The position numbers and the translations under genes are program-made. A stretch of DNA of 64,000 bases from Raillietiella orientalis (Eukaryota). The notes beneath the pieces are model-generated. The model was not told the DNA's origin and ran no database searches. It worked only from the letters and a program-made list of their open reading frames with translations. This document shows positions 23,045 through 34,781 of this stretch, piece after piece. Location: the NCBI GenBank assembly GCA_036172245.1, contig JAYWIR010000011.1, positions 1,426,001 through 1,490,000 on the forward strand, written 5' to 3'. Within the stretch, counting starts at the first letter, position 1. Every line of letters begins with the position of its first letter.

Positions 23045-26000
23045 ATACAGAAAAAACTGTTTCTACCAGGTTTTCCCCTTGCTATCATGGAACGTCATCA
23101 GCAAAATCGCCGGATCAATGCTGAATTGTACTGATTGCGTCAGCAGCATTGAACTTGGAAGAAGAAAGATTCCCTTATGTGAACTGCTTTCCAGAGTGGC
23201 TTCAGTGGATTGATGCAGTTTTTAATGCTTCAGTGCCGCTTTGCAAGATATCTCTTGTAGTAGAAATTTCTCAGTTTTCATCATGACAGGAATTAGCTCA
23301 GTGAAGGAGGGCAGAGCTTGTTTTTTTTTTTTTTTTTCTTCCTCCAAATGAAAACCCAAGGGACTCTTTGTAAGAATTGTCATTTTTTATTTCTGTACCA
23401 ACGATTTCCACATTGTTCAGTTTTCATATGCAGAACTGTAGGAAGCACAGCGGCAGCATTGTATGCACGAGCCAAAAAGTCTCAGGAAATAGGTAGGAAA
23501 TACGACAGCAAATTTCAGCAAATTTCTTTATTTGGAATGAAGATTCCAGTTGTTCATGGAAACAAAGCGCATAAGCTACTGTTTATTCTGTAAACATTTT
23601 GCATTCTAGGGAGTGTCAAGTCACAAGGTACTCTTCCAAAGTAACTTGCCATCTGTCAGCAAACCTAGAAAGAATTCTTGCTAGGTTTGCTGGCAGATGC
23701 TTGGCAATCTGCTTCTGTCATTCTAGATCTTCCAGTGCACCAAAAATAAGGATCGGGCTGAATGTTCTACATTCGGAGATGCTGCACAAACAGGTCTCTT
23801 CGTCCCAATCCACTCAAGAGAGGGGAAAGACATTCCGCAAAGCGTAATGCGCATCGATGTAAAACAAGCATGGAGCACCAGGTAAAGAGGAAACTTGGCT
23901 GTCAAACGAGAGAAGAAGAAGCGCACAGGAGAACGAAAGTGGTCTCTTTTCAGCGGTGAGCAAGTGGCTGTCATCTCGACAGATCCCCCCAAGAGCCCAA
24001 TCCTTGTTCTCATCCACAGCAAAAGTAGCCTCAAACTCAACGAGCCGACTCAGAAACAGAGGCCAACCAGCGGCTCACGAATCACTTGCAACCGAAAGTC
24101 ACCTCGAAGCAAAAGAGGTGGAGGACTAAAAAGGACGAGGGAATGGTCTCGGTCTCATGGATCGCAGGTCACCTTCCAAGTGAAAAACAACATTGTGAGA
24201 AACCCGCATGCATAGGGAAGCACGTCTCACAAATTCCAAGAGAAACTACTGAGAATTTCTTGTTCGTGCTCGAGGCAACCCGAATCTGAATGTTGAGAGC
24301 CGATGCGATGCGTGCATCAAGTGGAGGTCATAGAAGGCGCGATCCGATAACTCAGCGAGATCAGCGCATCCTCCATGAAGGCAAGCACAAGAGTGGGCAG
24401 TCCTGGGTCTTGGCAAGTGATCGACGAGCTCGCCGTCTGCCGTGCAGACAGCGCACGCCCAGAAGAACGCTCCTTCTTTTGAAAGAGTCCATTTTCTGAA
24501 TGATGGAGTGTCTTCATTAGTTTCTTCTCACCATTCATGGTTCAATCCTTCATTCTGGAAACTCGTACTGATAGGTCTATAAATGCTTTTTACTCTTCAT
24601 TGCTATTGTATAATGTTTACAACGGTTTCTTGAAATAGGGGCTTGAAAAATATCGCAATTATTTTCCTGTTTTAATTTCATATTTGTATGCAATATCTCG
24701 TGTAACGACGTGAGCGCAAGGGCGCCGCAGATTTCAAGGCTGAGGGACGCTGTCTTTCAAACTTTGGCCCCATCAGAAACCGAGCTTTGATGGCACCCTA
24801 CTAACGAGTCCCTCGAACAAACCTGCATTTCTTTGCAGCCAGTTCGAAGTCTTAGAGCTCCTTCGCCTTGCAGCAGGTTAGACTTATTTCATAGTACTGT
24901 GAAGAAGTGCGATATCCATTTATTGTGTTCCAGCATAACGGAAGCAGTTCAGCCGTTGTCGCTTCCCTCGGGTGGAATCTTATATCAGATTTTGACATCA
25001 TCAACAGCTTCGATGGTGATGCAAGAGTGAGCTCTTCCCTTCTCTTTCCCCTTTGTTTTATCATCCTTCTGGAACTCAATCCAACAAGGAAAAAAGGAGG
25101 TGGAACATGCCAATCTCTCGGGCTGATATAATCCTTTCATGGCATTCCAGACAACGAATAGATCTTGTTAGCTCAGTGCATGACTTGCGATTTTTGCCTC
25201 TAAATGGAAACACGAAGCATTCGAATTTACACCCATATTAAATTTTCATTCGTTGAATTTCCGTTTGTGAAATCCGAGCTCCTCTTTAGCATACTAATTA
25301 AAAAGAGATCAGTTCCATGGTTCTTGTGTGCCTTTATCCGATGTTGTTTTTGTCGGCTTCCAAGTCTCAAAATTTCTAATTTGTTTGGCTGGTAGCTAAC
25401 TCGAGTGAGTATCCTGGTAGCTCCTCTTCAGTTTTATTTCGTATTTTTTCCCCTTTGTTCATGCTGCAAAATCTGCAGCCTTTTTCCACCTGAGAACCAA
25501 ATACCTGCCGACACATAGCTGCAGGGCACAAGTGCCATTTTCTATGAGTTTCTGACCTATCGGGTTCGAATGCTTGACTTTTCTCGAATAAACCGATCTG
25601 AACGATTTCTTGCCTGAGATTTATTCGAACCTTCCGATGGGATGAAAAGTTGGAATGCACTTGAAAGGAAAAGAAATGCCGCACTGAATTCTTCGGGAGT
25701 TGTTGACATTTGTGCTGTGTTCTTGAAGAAACGGAAGCATACGTGTCGGTGTCGATGACGAAAACAGGCGAGTAATGTAGTACTCATGTCAATCATGCAA
25801 CTTTCATGTTCGTCACCGTTACTGTCCGCTGTAGTGTGGAATTGATGCTTAAAACTGGATCTACTTGGATGAACCCATTTTCAGTTTTCCGATTTTGTGT
25901 ACTTTAATCATGAGCCCATCCAATGTACTCTTCGGTTCCAGTGAAGAAGGCACTTAGCAGTGTTAAAAAGGGACTGTTTGCTGTCTTTGAACGCAAAATT

Positions 26001-28858
26001 ACCGATACCAACGTCAAGCTTCATTCATTCCTTCGCTCTGGATGATTTTCTATTGAAAAGCTGGATTTGTTCTTCATTAAACATTCATGAATTAATTTTA
26101 TTTCGTAATCCTGTGATTCATCAAGCATGGCTCTCCAGATATTTTAGCATCATTAGTTTGCTGGGCTCTTTTTCTTGTATGAGCTGGTTGCCCTTCGTGG
26201 AAGAATGCATGGGGTCATTCACGAGTTTCTCTTGGTCTTCATGGTAGGAAGAATATGCCAGTTCGACGCACGGACCCGCTGATAGCTAATCATCATTCTT
26301 AATGACGCGTCTTGAATATGAAGTGATGTTTCGATTTTGTCTAACGACGTGCAAGCTTCCTGCAAAACCAAGTATACGAGATCGTAAAACAGTTATAGGG
26401 ACTTTCTGACATGAAATCTACGTCTCCACCATTCAACTGAACTCCGATTTCTGATTTTCTCTCTGTACTTCTATGTTTCGTTTGCAGATCAGAACGAAAC
26501 TCTTTGGTGGCAGTAGCAGCAATGTATTTTTCGTTTGTTTAGTTCATTTACTCAGTTTTGTTTTTGTTTTTTTGCTATCCACTATCGTGATCTTCTGATT
26601 GGAATGCATGTCTTAATTTGATTTAAAATCATAAGAAAGGTAATAGGACAAAAAAGGCATCTACTATTTATCGTATGTTTCCTTGAATAGGTAGGAAAAT
26701 GGGTGGTTCGACAGCCATTACATATTTTAAAAACTGGGTATTCATATAAAAAGTAACTGGTGATTGTTTTCTTCAATATTTTGTTCGTTTGTTTGTTTGT
26801 TTTTCTAAGATTACCCAAGGATTTTTTTCCTATAGGATTTCTGCTTTATACTGATAAATAAAGTACGATAGACAAGTTATGAGACCTACTTTCCATCATT
26901 TGAAATGCTGAAGCATTCGAGATGCTAAATTATTGTAGCAGTCATACCAAAGTCAGAATAAAAGAATGGCATAATGTTGAAGATGAAGATGACGGTTCAA
27001 ACATAAGAAATGAATACTCTAAAAACAACACCATATTATGTAAGTAATATGGTCATTGCTGATCATCTTTTTCCTGCATTCAGTGAATCAAATAACTCAA
27101 ACACATATTAATACTGTTTCATATTACTTACCAGACGATAATTATTTTTCAGTCCTTCATTTATGCTGTTTTCCTTACAATAAATAGAAATAAATTCATT
27201 ATTTAGTTCTATTTTTTATTTTTCCAGTAACTTTGGAAAATTCATATTTCCGTTTAATTTTCCAAAGTGAAACTGTTTGTTCAATCCAATCTGCTTTTTC
27301 GAGGAACATCATTAGTGGTTGTGAGAGATGACAATTTCTACATACACCGATGATTCTTGAAGTTAATGTTTGGTTTTGAGGTGAAACAACTTATGCTGTG
27401 TTGCTGAATTCTTGTATTTGCAATTTCAAAATCCAAATGTCGTTCCACATTAGCAAAGTTATTAGATGACTAATTAAGCTTACAATTGGTAATTATGAAC
27501 ATAGAAATGAAGGAGTGAAGTATCCATCGTTTCATCCTTCCTACTTGAACAAGAACTGTTTTAGTTTATCGCTTCAGTATTCCTATTTTCGAAACTAATC
27601 ATTCTGATATCACTAAAAAATAAAGTGATTTCTATTTGTAAAAATTTTGAGAGGATTGTTAATTAAGGAAGCTATCTGACAGAAAATGCTATCAAATCTT
27701 GCCAAAGAATTCATCACATTTACTACATTATGTACAATGTTCTAACACCATATTCCCTTTAATGCCTCCATTTCACTTACGTCTTTTTTTATTTCTCCAA
27801 TCATTTCGATCATTTTCACTGCTGTTTCTCTTCTGTTTTTAATTTTAGGATAACTCCTCCTACAAAATCTAGATTTCCACCTTATATTCATTCATATTGT
27901 TTATGAATTTATTCCATACAAAAGATAGAACTGTTATTTAAAAAGCACTTTAACTAGTCCTGTATGGTGTATATAATACTGATAGAACTCGAGTACCATC
28001 TTCTTCGTTTTGAAGCTCATTCTAAAAGAATTCCATGTGAATGAAAATCAGATATTTATTGTTTTCATTTTAGTTTAAAATTTCACTTAACAGTTAATAG
28101 ATATTCATAAAACTGAAAAAATCACCCTGATAGGCAGCTGCTTCTCAAGTCGCCTTCTCTATGTATTGGCAATATGACACAGATTGCAGCATGCTCGTCT
28201 GTTTAATCTGCCTCAAACACTATCTTTTCACCTGTTTTTCATTTCGTTTGACATTTTTTTCTTTTTGTCAACAACACTTAAACGTGAAATCCCAAAGCTG
28301 GCGTCTACATGCTTGTGCATATATTTTTCTTCACGTACTCACCATTTTGAAGAATGATTACAAATTCGGTGGAGCTGATGGCTTCCTCTTTGCTTAGATT
28401 GCATTTGCATCAAGCTCCCAGAGAAATAAAGAAGCCAATATGAGAGCCAATGTTTCAAAAGCCAACATGAGAGCTACGCTTCGGAACATCTAATGTCAAA
28501 TATTTTTCAAGACAATTTTGAAGGAAACAATCGGCATTACAGGGATTGGACGATTTTTCAAAGTGTGTGTTTCCGATTAGTAATTCTTTAAGGTTGTAAT
28601 TCTTTCGTCTTTGGAAATGAGTACTGTCGGATGAGATTCATTTAAAATTCAAGCCAATGTTAGTTGGTCATTCTGCTTCGCCTTGCGCAACGTAATCGTG
28701 AAGAGTCAATGGAATGGAGCAACTGCAGCATGTTGCCAAGTTGCTGCACACTTGCATTCAGTGGTCAAACGTGTTAGCAAATGTGATCGTATGTTTTTTC
28801 CAGTTTTTATCGATACGCTTGTTTTTAAGCAGTTTTATTGTCGTCTATGTGAATTAGC

Positions 28859-31733
28859 ATGGCAGACTGGGAAGAGATAAGAAAACTTGCTGCAGACTTC
28901 CAAAGGGCTCAATCATCAGGTCCAACCCAAAAGTAGGTCCACTGTGTTCAAACTTGATGTGACCTTACTGCTAATTAAATGGGGTTTTGCAGGCTATCTG
29001 AAAAAAACTGCATTGAAGTTATAACCAAATTGCAACAGCTGAAGTTGTTAGAAGTATATTTTACTGTTGATGGCAAAGAATATGTGACTCCTAAACAGTT
29101 ATGCAAGGAAATAAGAGATGAAGTATATATTCAAGGTGATCGGAAAGAAAAGTTTTGAAAATGTTTTATGAGTAATGTCCAGGCCGAATCAACATAGTAA
29201 ATTTAGCCAAGACTCTAAATATTGATTTGAGCTGCATTGAAAGTCGTGTACCTGAAATTGTTAAAATGGACCCTAAAGTACACTTTGTTTTGGGACAGTT
29301 TGTGCATGATTGTTATTTGGATCGCATTTCTGAAGAAATTAATGAAAAGCTCCAACAAGAAGGCCACTTGTTAATAACTGACCTTGTCAAATTATATGAT
29401 TTTCCACTGGATTTTGTTCAGCAGGTTTGCATCCACTGATACTCATCTGGGGAACTTTCAGTTTAAAAATCGTACAGATGCTAAATAGCAGATTGAATCT
29501 AATTGTGCAAGGCCGAGTGGATTCCTCTTCTAACATCATCTTTACAGAAGCTCATTTATCCAGAAGTCAGGCTCATATCCTTGGTAGTTTGTCAGCTGTA
29601 ACTCGTCCAATTTCTTGTGCATATCTTATAAATTTGTATCATTTCCAAGAAAGGATTTTTTTTAGTAAGACCTCAAAATATAATTCAACATTTAATCCAT
29701 GTTATCTTCAGATATTGTAGATGAGCTGATTTCTTCTGGTAAATTAGCTGGCAGCTTAGTAGGAGGTCGTCAGTCAGTGAAAGCTGTATATGTTCCCGAG
29801 TTATATTCTCGTGCACAATCTGAATGGGTACTGCACAATCTTCTGCAGAATGGTTGTGTAGGCAAGTATTTGTTTTCAAAGTGTGAAAAGGATGGTATTT
29901 ACAGTGTATGTCCAGAATACAGTGCTTTGGGGAAACTGGGAGTCAGTGATCCAGAAGCTTTCATCAAAAGGTTGAATCCTGGGAAGGACATAGTTTATTT
30001 GTCATGGTGTTGTCTAGGCAGCTCTTTGCTGGTTCAAGTTGAAGCCTGCATTGAAGAGGTTGCCAATGAAGGTAGTGCTTGGCTTGATGTTCTGGTAAGC
30101 ATGAAGATTAGCAGTGTTATCCTAAGAAATTTTGTAGCCTGTTTTCCCAGCATCTTTCACTCCTAAGGATGTTGAGAATGTCATCAAGCATGTGCTTCTA
30201 CATATGCAAGTGGGAGCTCAGGTTGATCTTTATCAGCATTCCATTGTGGTGAACAAATCAGTTCTTGCGGAAATCTTTAAGAGATTGGAAAATGGGATGC
30301 AGGAGAGAGCTATGAAAGTGAGTTCTGTTTAAAAATTGCAAATCTGCTGATACCTGTCAAGGTAGCTCAACACAATCAACTGTACAGCAGTCAGTCTCAT
30401 GGAAAAGCACAGAAACCACAAAAGGTGGTAGAAAAATCCAAAACAGATAAGAAAGAAGAAAGACGTCGCCGAGCCATTACAGGTCATCAGGGAGGCCATC
30501 AAGGAGGAAACACAAAGGTCAGTAACTTTAGTGAATGAATAGTATTTTTGAAATTATAGTGTGCTATTATGGCTTTTCATTTTAGGGTAGAGAATCTAAG
30601 ACGAAATCAACGAAAAAGAAGACATCACATGAAATTCAAGATACTGAGGAAGAGTTAGTAAATGAAAATGTTCCATCTTTATTTACTTATATGTCAGTTG
30701 ATGAACTGCATGCCTTTTTGAAAGAGGAAACTGATTTATGTGATGCTCCAGAAAATGTTCTTCATGATGTCTCTCACACTATGTGGCCTTCTTTGTGTGC
30801 TACTTATCAAATTGTAGCCCGAGAAGCAGCTGAAGCTGCTTTATCTGCAAGTGTTGAAAAGCGACGTCAGCAACATTATCAGCTTCAAGAGCGACTGAAT
30901 ACCCAAGTTGCTATGCTGCATCTATACAAAAAAGGAATTGAGCAATTTGAGAGTGATCAACAACAGAAAGAGCTAACTTTGTACCTTTTGCGCAATGTGG
31001 GTGCAGATCTAGTGGGTTTGATTTTGCTACATTTGTCTGAAGCAGAAGCATTAGCCCTCCCTAACTCAGAGGTATTAATTCTCACTTACATTTCTTGTTT
31101 AATGTTTTCACATAAGCAACGTACCAGACTTCTTCATCAGCTTGATCCTGGACTTCAGAGTGATCTTCTCAAAATGCTTAAATGCACCTGCTTAGAGGAA
31201 TTTTTTCCTCTGCTGAATCTTTTTCTTGAAAAACCTGAGTGTGACTTGATGCTGAAAAAAATGGATCAGAGGAGAAACAAGTACGTGTGCCCTAAAAGAC
31301 TCACTTCATACAGTGTTTCTTGATAGAGAGATCTTGCAGGATCATGTAAGAGGTTTACAGGAACAACTTGAACATTCACATGAGGGACCAAATATTTTGC
31401 TTCTTTCATGCCTTCTCCTGTTCCAGTTCTATACAGGATTCATGTTGTGTGCTTCTGGGAAATTCGTTACTAATATTTTACATTTGCTAAACTCATTCAT
31501 ACCAGAAGATGTTTATCAGCTTCTGGAAGACTGTCGAGGTTAGTAACAATAATTAAAAACAAGCATTGTGTTTGTTGATAGAAATTGTAATCAAATGTGT
31601 TATGGAACAAGGAGATCCAAATAGCCATAGTGTTTCTGAAGAACAGCTACTTCGCCTGTCTTCCAGAGTGAGGACAACTGTGATTAATCTTGTGAAATCT
31701 GGAGATACTGAGAAAGCTGATAGCCAAAGATAG
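28859..31733 (+). CDS. UFL1: E3 UFM1-protein ligase 1, 12 exons, ~774 aa
   Basis: N-terminus MADWEEIRKLAADFQRAQ...KLSEKNCIEV is the UFL1 signature. Exons 28859-28932, 28993-29135, 29183-29424, 29478-29664, 29712-29861, 29916-30094, 30138-30317, 30362-30517, 30586-31071, 31117-31280, 31327-31538, 31582-31733 sum to 2325 nt in frame and end in TAG. Confidence 0.95.
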
Positions 31734-32290
31734 TTTCCATAAGGATGGGATTTTTAGTTTGAGTGGTCATAAGTGTACATTGGCTTACATGATTGTTTCA
31801 TCAATCCTTTATCTAAATTCATTGTCAAAGAAACAAGGACAATTGCTATTGCTGTTGACTTTGGGAGTACCTAAATGTATTTGCAAAACTGTTGAATAAT
31901 TCAGATGAAGAAACACTTGACCATACAGATGTTTTCATTGCCGGGCACATGTTGAACAATTTCTGTATGCATCAAGATGGGATTTGCTGGCATAAGTAAT
32001 TTATTATTATGTGAAAACTATATCAGCATTTGAATGAGTGTGAACCAAAATATTGCCATGTTTATAATAAAGGTTGCTACAATCTCGGTGGCTAAACTTC
32101 ATGAAAGTAATGGTCTTTAAACAAATGTCAGAGAAATGATCACAATGCATGGAATCTCATGAAACTTCAAACTACATGTCAGGGACCCCGAAGTTGTCAG
32201 TTTTTATCCAACGTGCAACCGGTCAGGTTCGCATGGGCAATATGTCCATCAGTGCAGCTCCAATCAAAATCCCCAGACATAAAAAAAGGT

Positions 32291-32631
32291 AAACGTGTGT
32301 GCTGATTCTACACACACGAATATCCAAATTTATGTTAATTTAATTTATTAACATGCATATTATTCACAGTAATTTTATTGGAACAGATATATTCACTGAC
32401 ACATTTTATTGATTAATTTTATCAAATTGACAAGTTGATTATGTTGTTGATGCATGTTTTAAGGATTTTAAGGAGTATATGTGAACATTCATAATGAGCA
32501 TGTGTATTTTTTTTTATGATGAATATAGACATCAACAATATAATCAACTTATCAGTCTTATTAATAAAAGTGTATGCCTCTGAATCTGCTCCAGTAAATG
32601 TGTGCATGTGGAAGGAATAAGCACGCGCTTT
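32291..32631. mobile_element. AT-rich MITE-like element, copy 1
   Basis: Imperfect terminal inverted repeats AAACGTGTGTGCTGATTC... / ...GAATAAGCACGCGCTTT. Internal blocks (ACAGTAAT..TAT.GGAACAGAT; ATTTTATTGATTAA; TAATCAAC...TTATTAATAAAA) are shared with 45393-46250. Confidence 0.6.
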
Positions 32632-33649
32632 TTTTTTTTTGTGCTCTTCCGGGATGGACCTCCGCGCGTTGCCGCAGTGACCTCACGAAACTGAAATGCA
32701 AGCCCGCTGTTTCGGTGATGGCATGGGCTGATGATCACTTTCGAATCCCAGCCGGAAATCCAAATGACCTACCTCTAATGTAAACAGAGTGGACCCCGCC
32801 CATTGGACCGATTCGCTGCAGCCTGTCGCGGGTGTGGATCAACTGCCATGGTGTTTCTGTTCGATCCCGGTTTTTCTAAGAGTACTAAGAGTGCCACATG
32901 GTTCCGCGCTTCTCCTGAGGCTATTTTCCCTGCAGGTGTTGATTTAGTCGTGTCAACTGGTGTCCGCTCGTTTCCACAAACAAGTCTAAGACTCTTTGGA
33001 AGTTGGATGAGATCCATGACCTTGGCCACGCGTGTTCTTCTGTTACGAGGTTCCGAGTCGCCGTGTAATGTGTACTCGCTGGTGAGGTTCCCTGAAGGTA
33101 GTCATCTGGTGGTTTCGCAGGTCATCAGGCAATTTTAGACGCTGGCATCCAAAACCTCAGAGGTGAGCACCTACCAGAAACCTCAGCACAGCTTTCCAGT
33201 CCACTCGCATCTAGTTCATAATTCGCTGCTGCCATCTTCCCGGTTTTGTTGTCCCGGGCTCCTTCCGATTTCACTGGAAAGAACGCACCACACTTACGTT
33301 TCTTCGCAATAAACGCTGGTGGCAATGAAAAACCGATGGGGTTCTCCGAAGGCGCAGGCCAATTCATGCGGGGCTGTCTCTGCATGCTACCTTCGAAAAA
33401 GTGCCTCCAAGACGAGGTGCAGTGGTCGGCCGGCAGCATGGGAGTTCTCCCACATTGTGGCTGCATGGGGAAAGCTGCTCTTGGTTCCCGGTCGTCGGAC
33501 CAATTAGAGGATGTGGCAGCCTGGGTTCGCTGCGGCAAAGGACTGCTTCGGCGGGAGGATCTGCTGGGTCCCAGACGGACTCGCGATTTCCCCCTCCCCC
33601 CTCCTCCCTTCCCCTTCCGATCAAGAGCGGTTCCGTGCCCTCCCACAGG

Positions 33650-34095
33650 CGGCAGCACACGGCGGTGTTCTTTCCCGTGCAACTCCTGAACGAGGGTAAG
33701 TCCATAACTTTGTCCCGGGTGTGGGGAAACAGAATCGCACCCGCACCCTGTACACTGCAAAGCTGTACCCGATGTCTGGCGGCAGTCCTGCCTCCAGACG
33801 GGGTTCAAGGATGTCCTTAGAATGCTGCAGCGGCGCCTCTTCCACGCAAGACGATCTCTCAGTCGGCAGCGAGCGCGGCAACGAGTTGCGTCGGCAGTGT
33901 AGGAGTGTCGGCTTGCCGTGCGGCGGACCCGCTCTTGCAACCTCGGCAAGCCGTTTGTTTGCATCACCCCTTCCAGGCTGATGTTATCGTGCCGCCTGGA
34001 CAAGAACTGCAGGACGTCGCCAGGACTGCAAACTGGAAGGCGCGGTGCAGTTAACCTCTCCCCATCCAATAAATATTTTGAAATAAAAATAAATA
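33650..34095 (+). mobile_element. LINE 3' end (C-terminal zinc finger, A-rich tail)
   Basis: LCPGCGETESHPHPVHCKAVPDVW (CxxC..E..H...C....W), followed by AATAAA and an A-rich end at ~34068-34094. Confidence 0.6.
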
Positions 34096-34720
34096 TTTTT
34101 GTTGCCCTTCTCTTTCCCAGTCCCGTTTGCTTCGGTCGCCCTGTGAGCCGGCGTCTCTCGTCTTCCGGACCTCCCGGGGTCTTGCAAGAGGTACCCACCC
34201 TTACGCACGTGCGTTTGTTGATGCGAATTAACGCCGCCCCGGCATGGCCGGGAGATGGGAAAGCCCTCGGAGGTGGTTCCAAGAAGATACTCCCCATCAC
34301 TGCTCTTTGCAGTGCTGTGCTCTTTTGCGGGGAGGGGGGGGGATGCGTTTCCGTGGACCTGATCGGAAGTGTCGAGAGCATGAGGCTTTTTTGGGAAACA
34401 AAAAAAAACGCTAGAATTCCGTTTGATCTCTTCCAGATCTCCTCCTTCTCGCCGCAGCACCACGGAGGGTGACGTGTCTCCATCAGATACGATGCATTAT
34501 GATGAATTTTCGGTAATTTCGACAGCTGTTCGATTCTGAGATTCAGGGAATGAAAGTGGTCGTGAGTGATTGCCTCATCTGGTACGTCAGCGTGTTTCTT
34601 ATCTGAAATAAGAGTTTTTGCTGCTCGATTGTAAGATTGCCTACAGAGTTCCGTGGATTTAGCAATGATTTTCTCCAATGTTCCGATGAAACGCTGAAGA
34701 GAGACCACCTGAGTTCTTTC

Positions 34721-34722
<2 letters not shown>

Positions 34723-34776
<54 letters not shown>
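34723..34776. repeat. (GT)27 microsatellite
   Basis: Read directly from the sequence. Confidence 0.97.

Positions 34777-34781
<5 letters not shown>

Larger units (their letters stand above)
20866..23058. mobile_element. Endogenous (or co-assembled) full-length CRESS DNA virus genome, ~2188 nt, ambisense
   Basis: Divergent rep (-) and cap (+) around a nonanucleotide stem-loop. AAACT direct repeat at 20866-20870 and 23054-23058. Flanked by non-viral sequence on both sides. Confidence 0.9.

Noticed and set aside
32720..32760. CTGATGA, possible hammerhead ribozyme core
   Set aside because: No stem II followed by GAAA and no closing stems.
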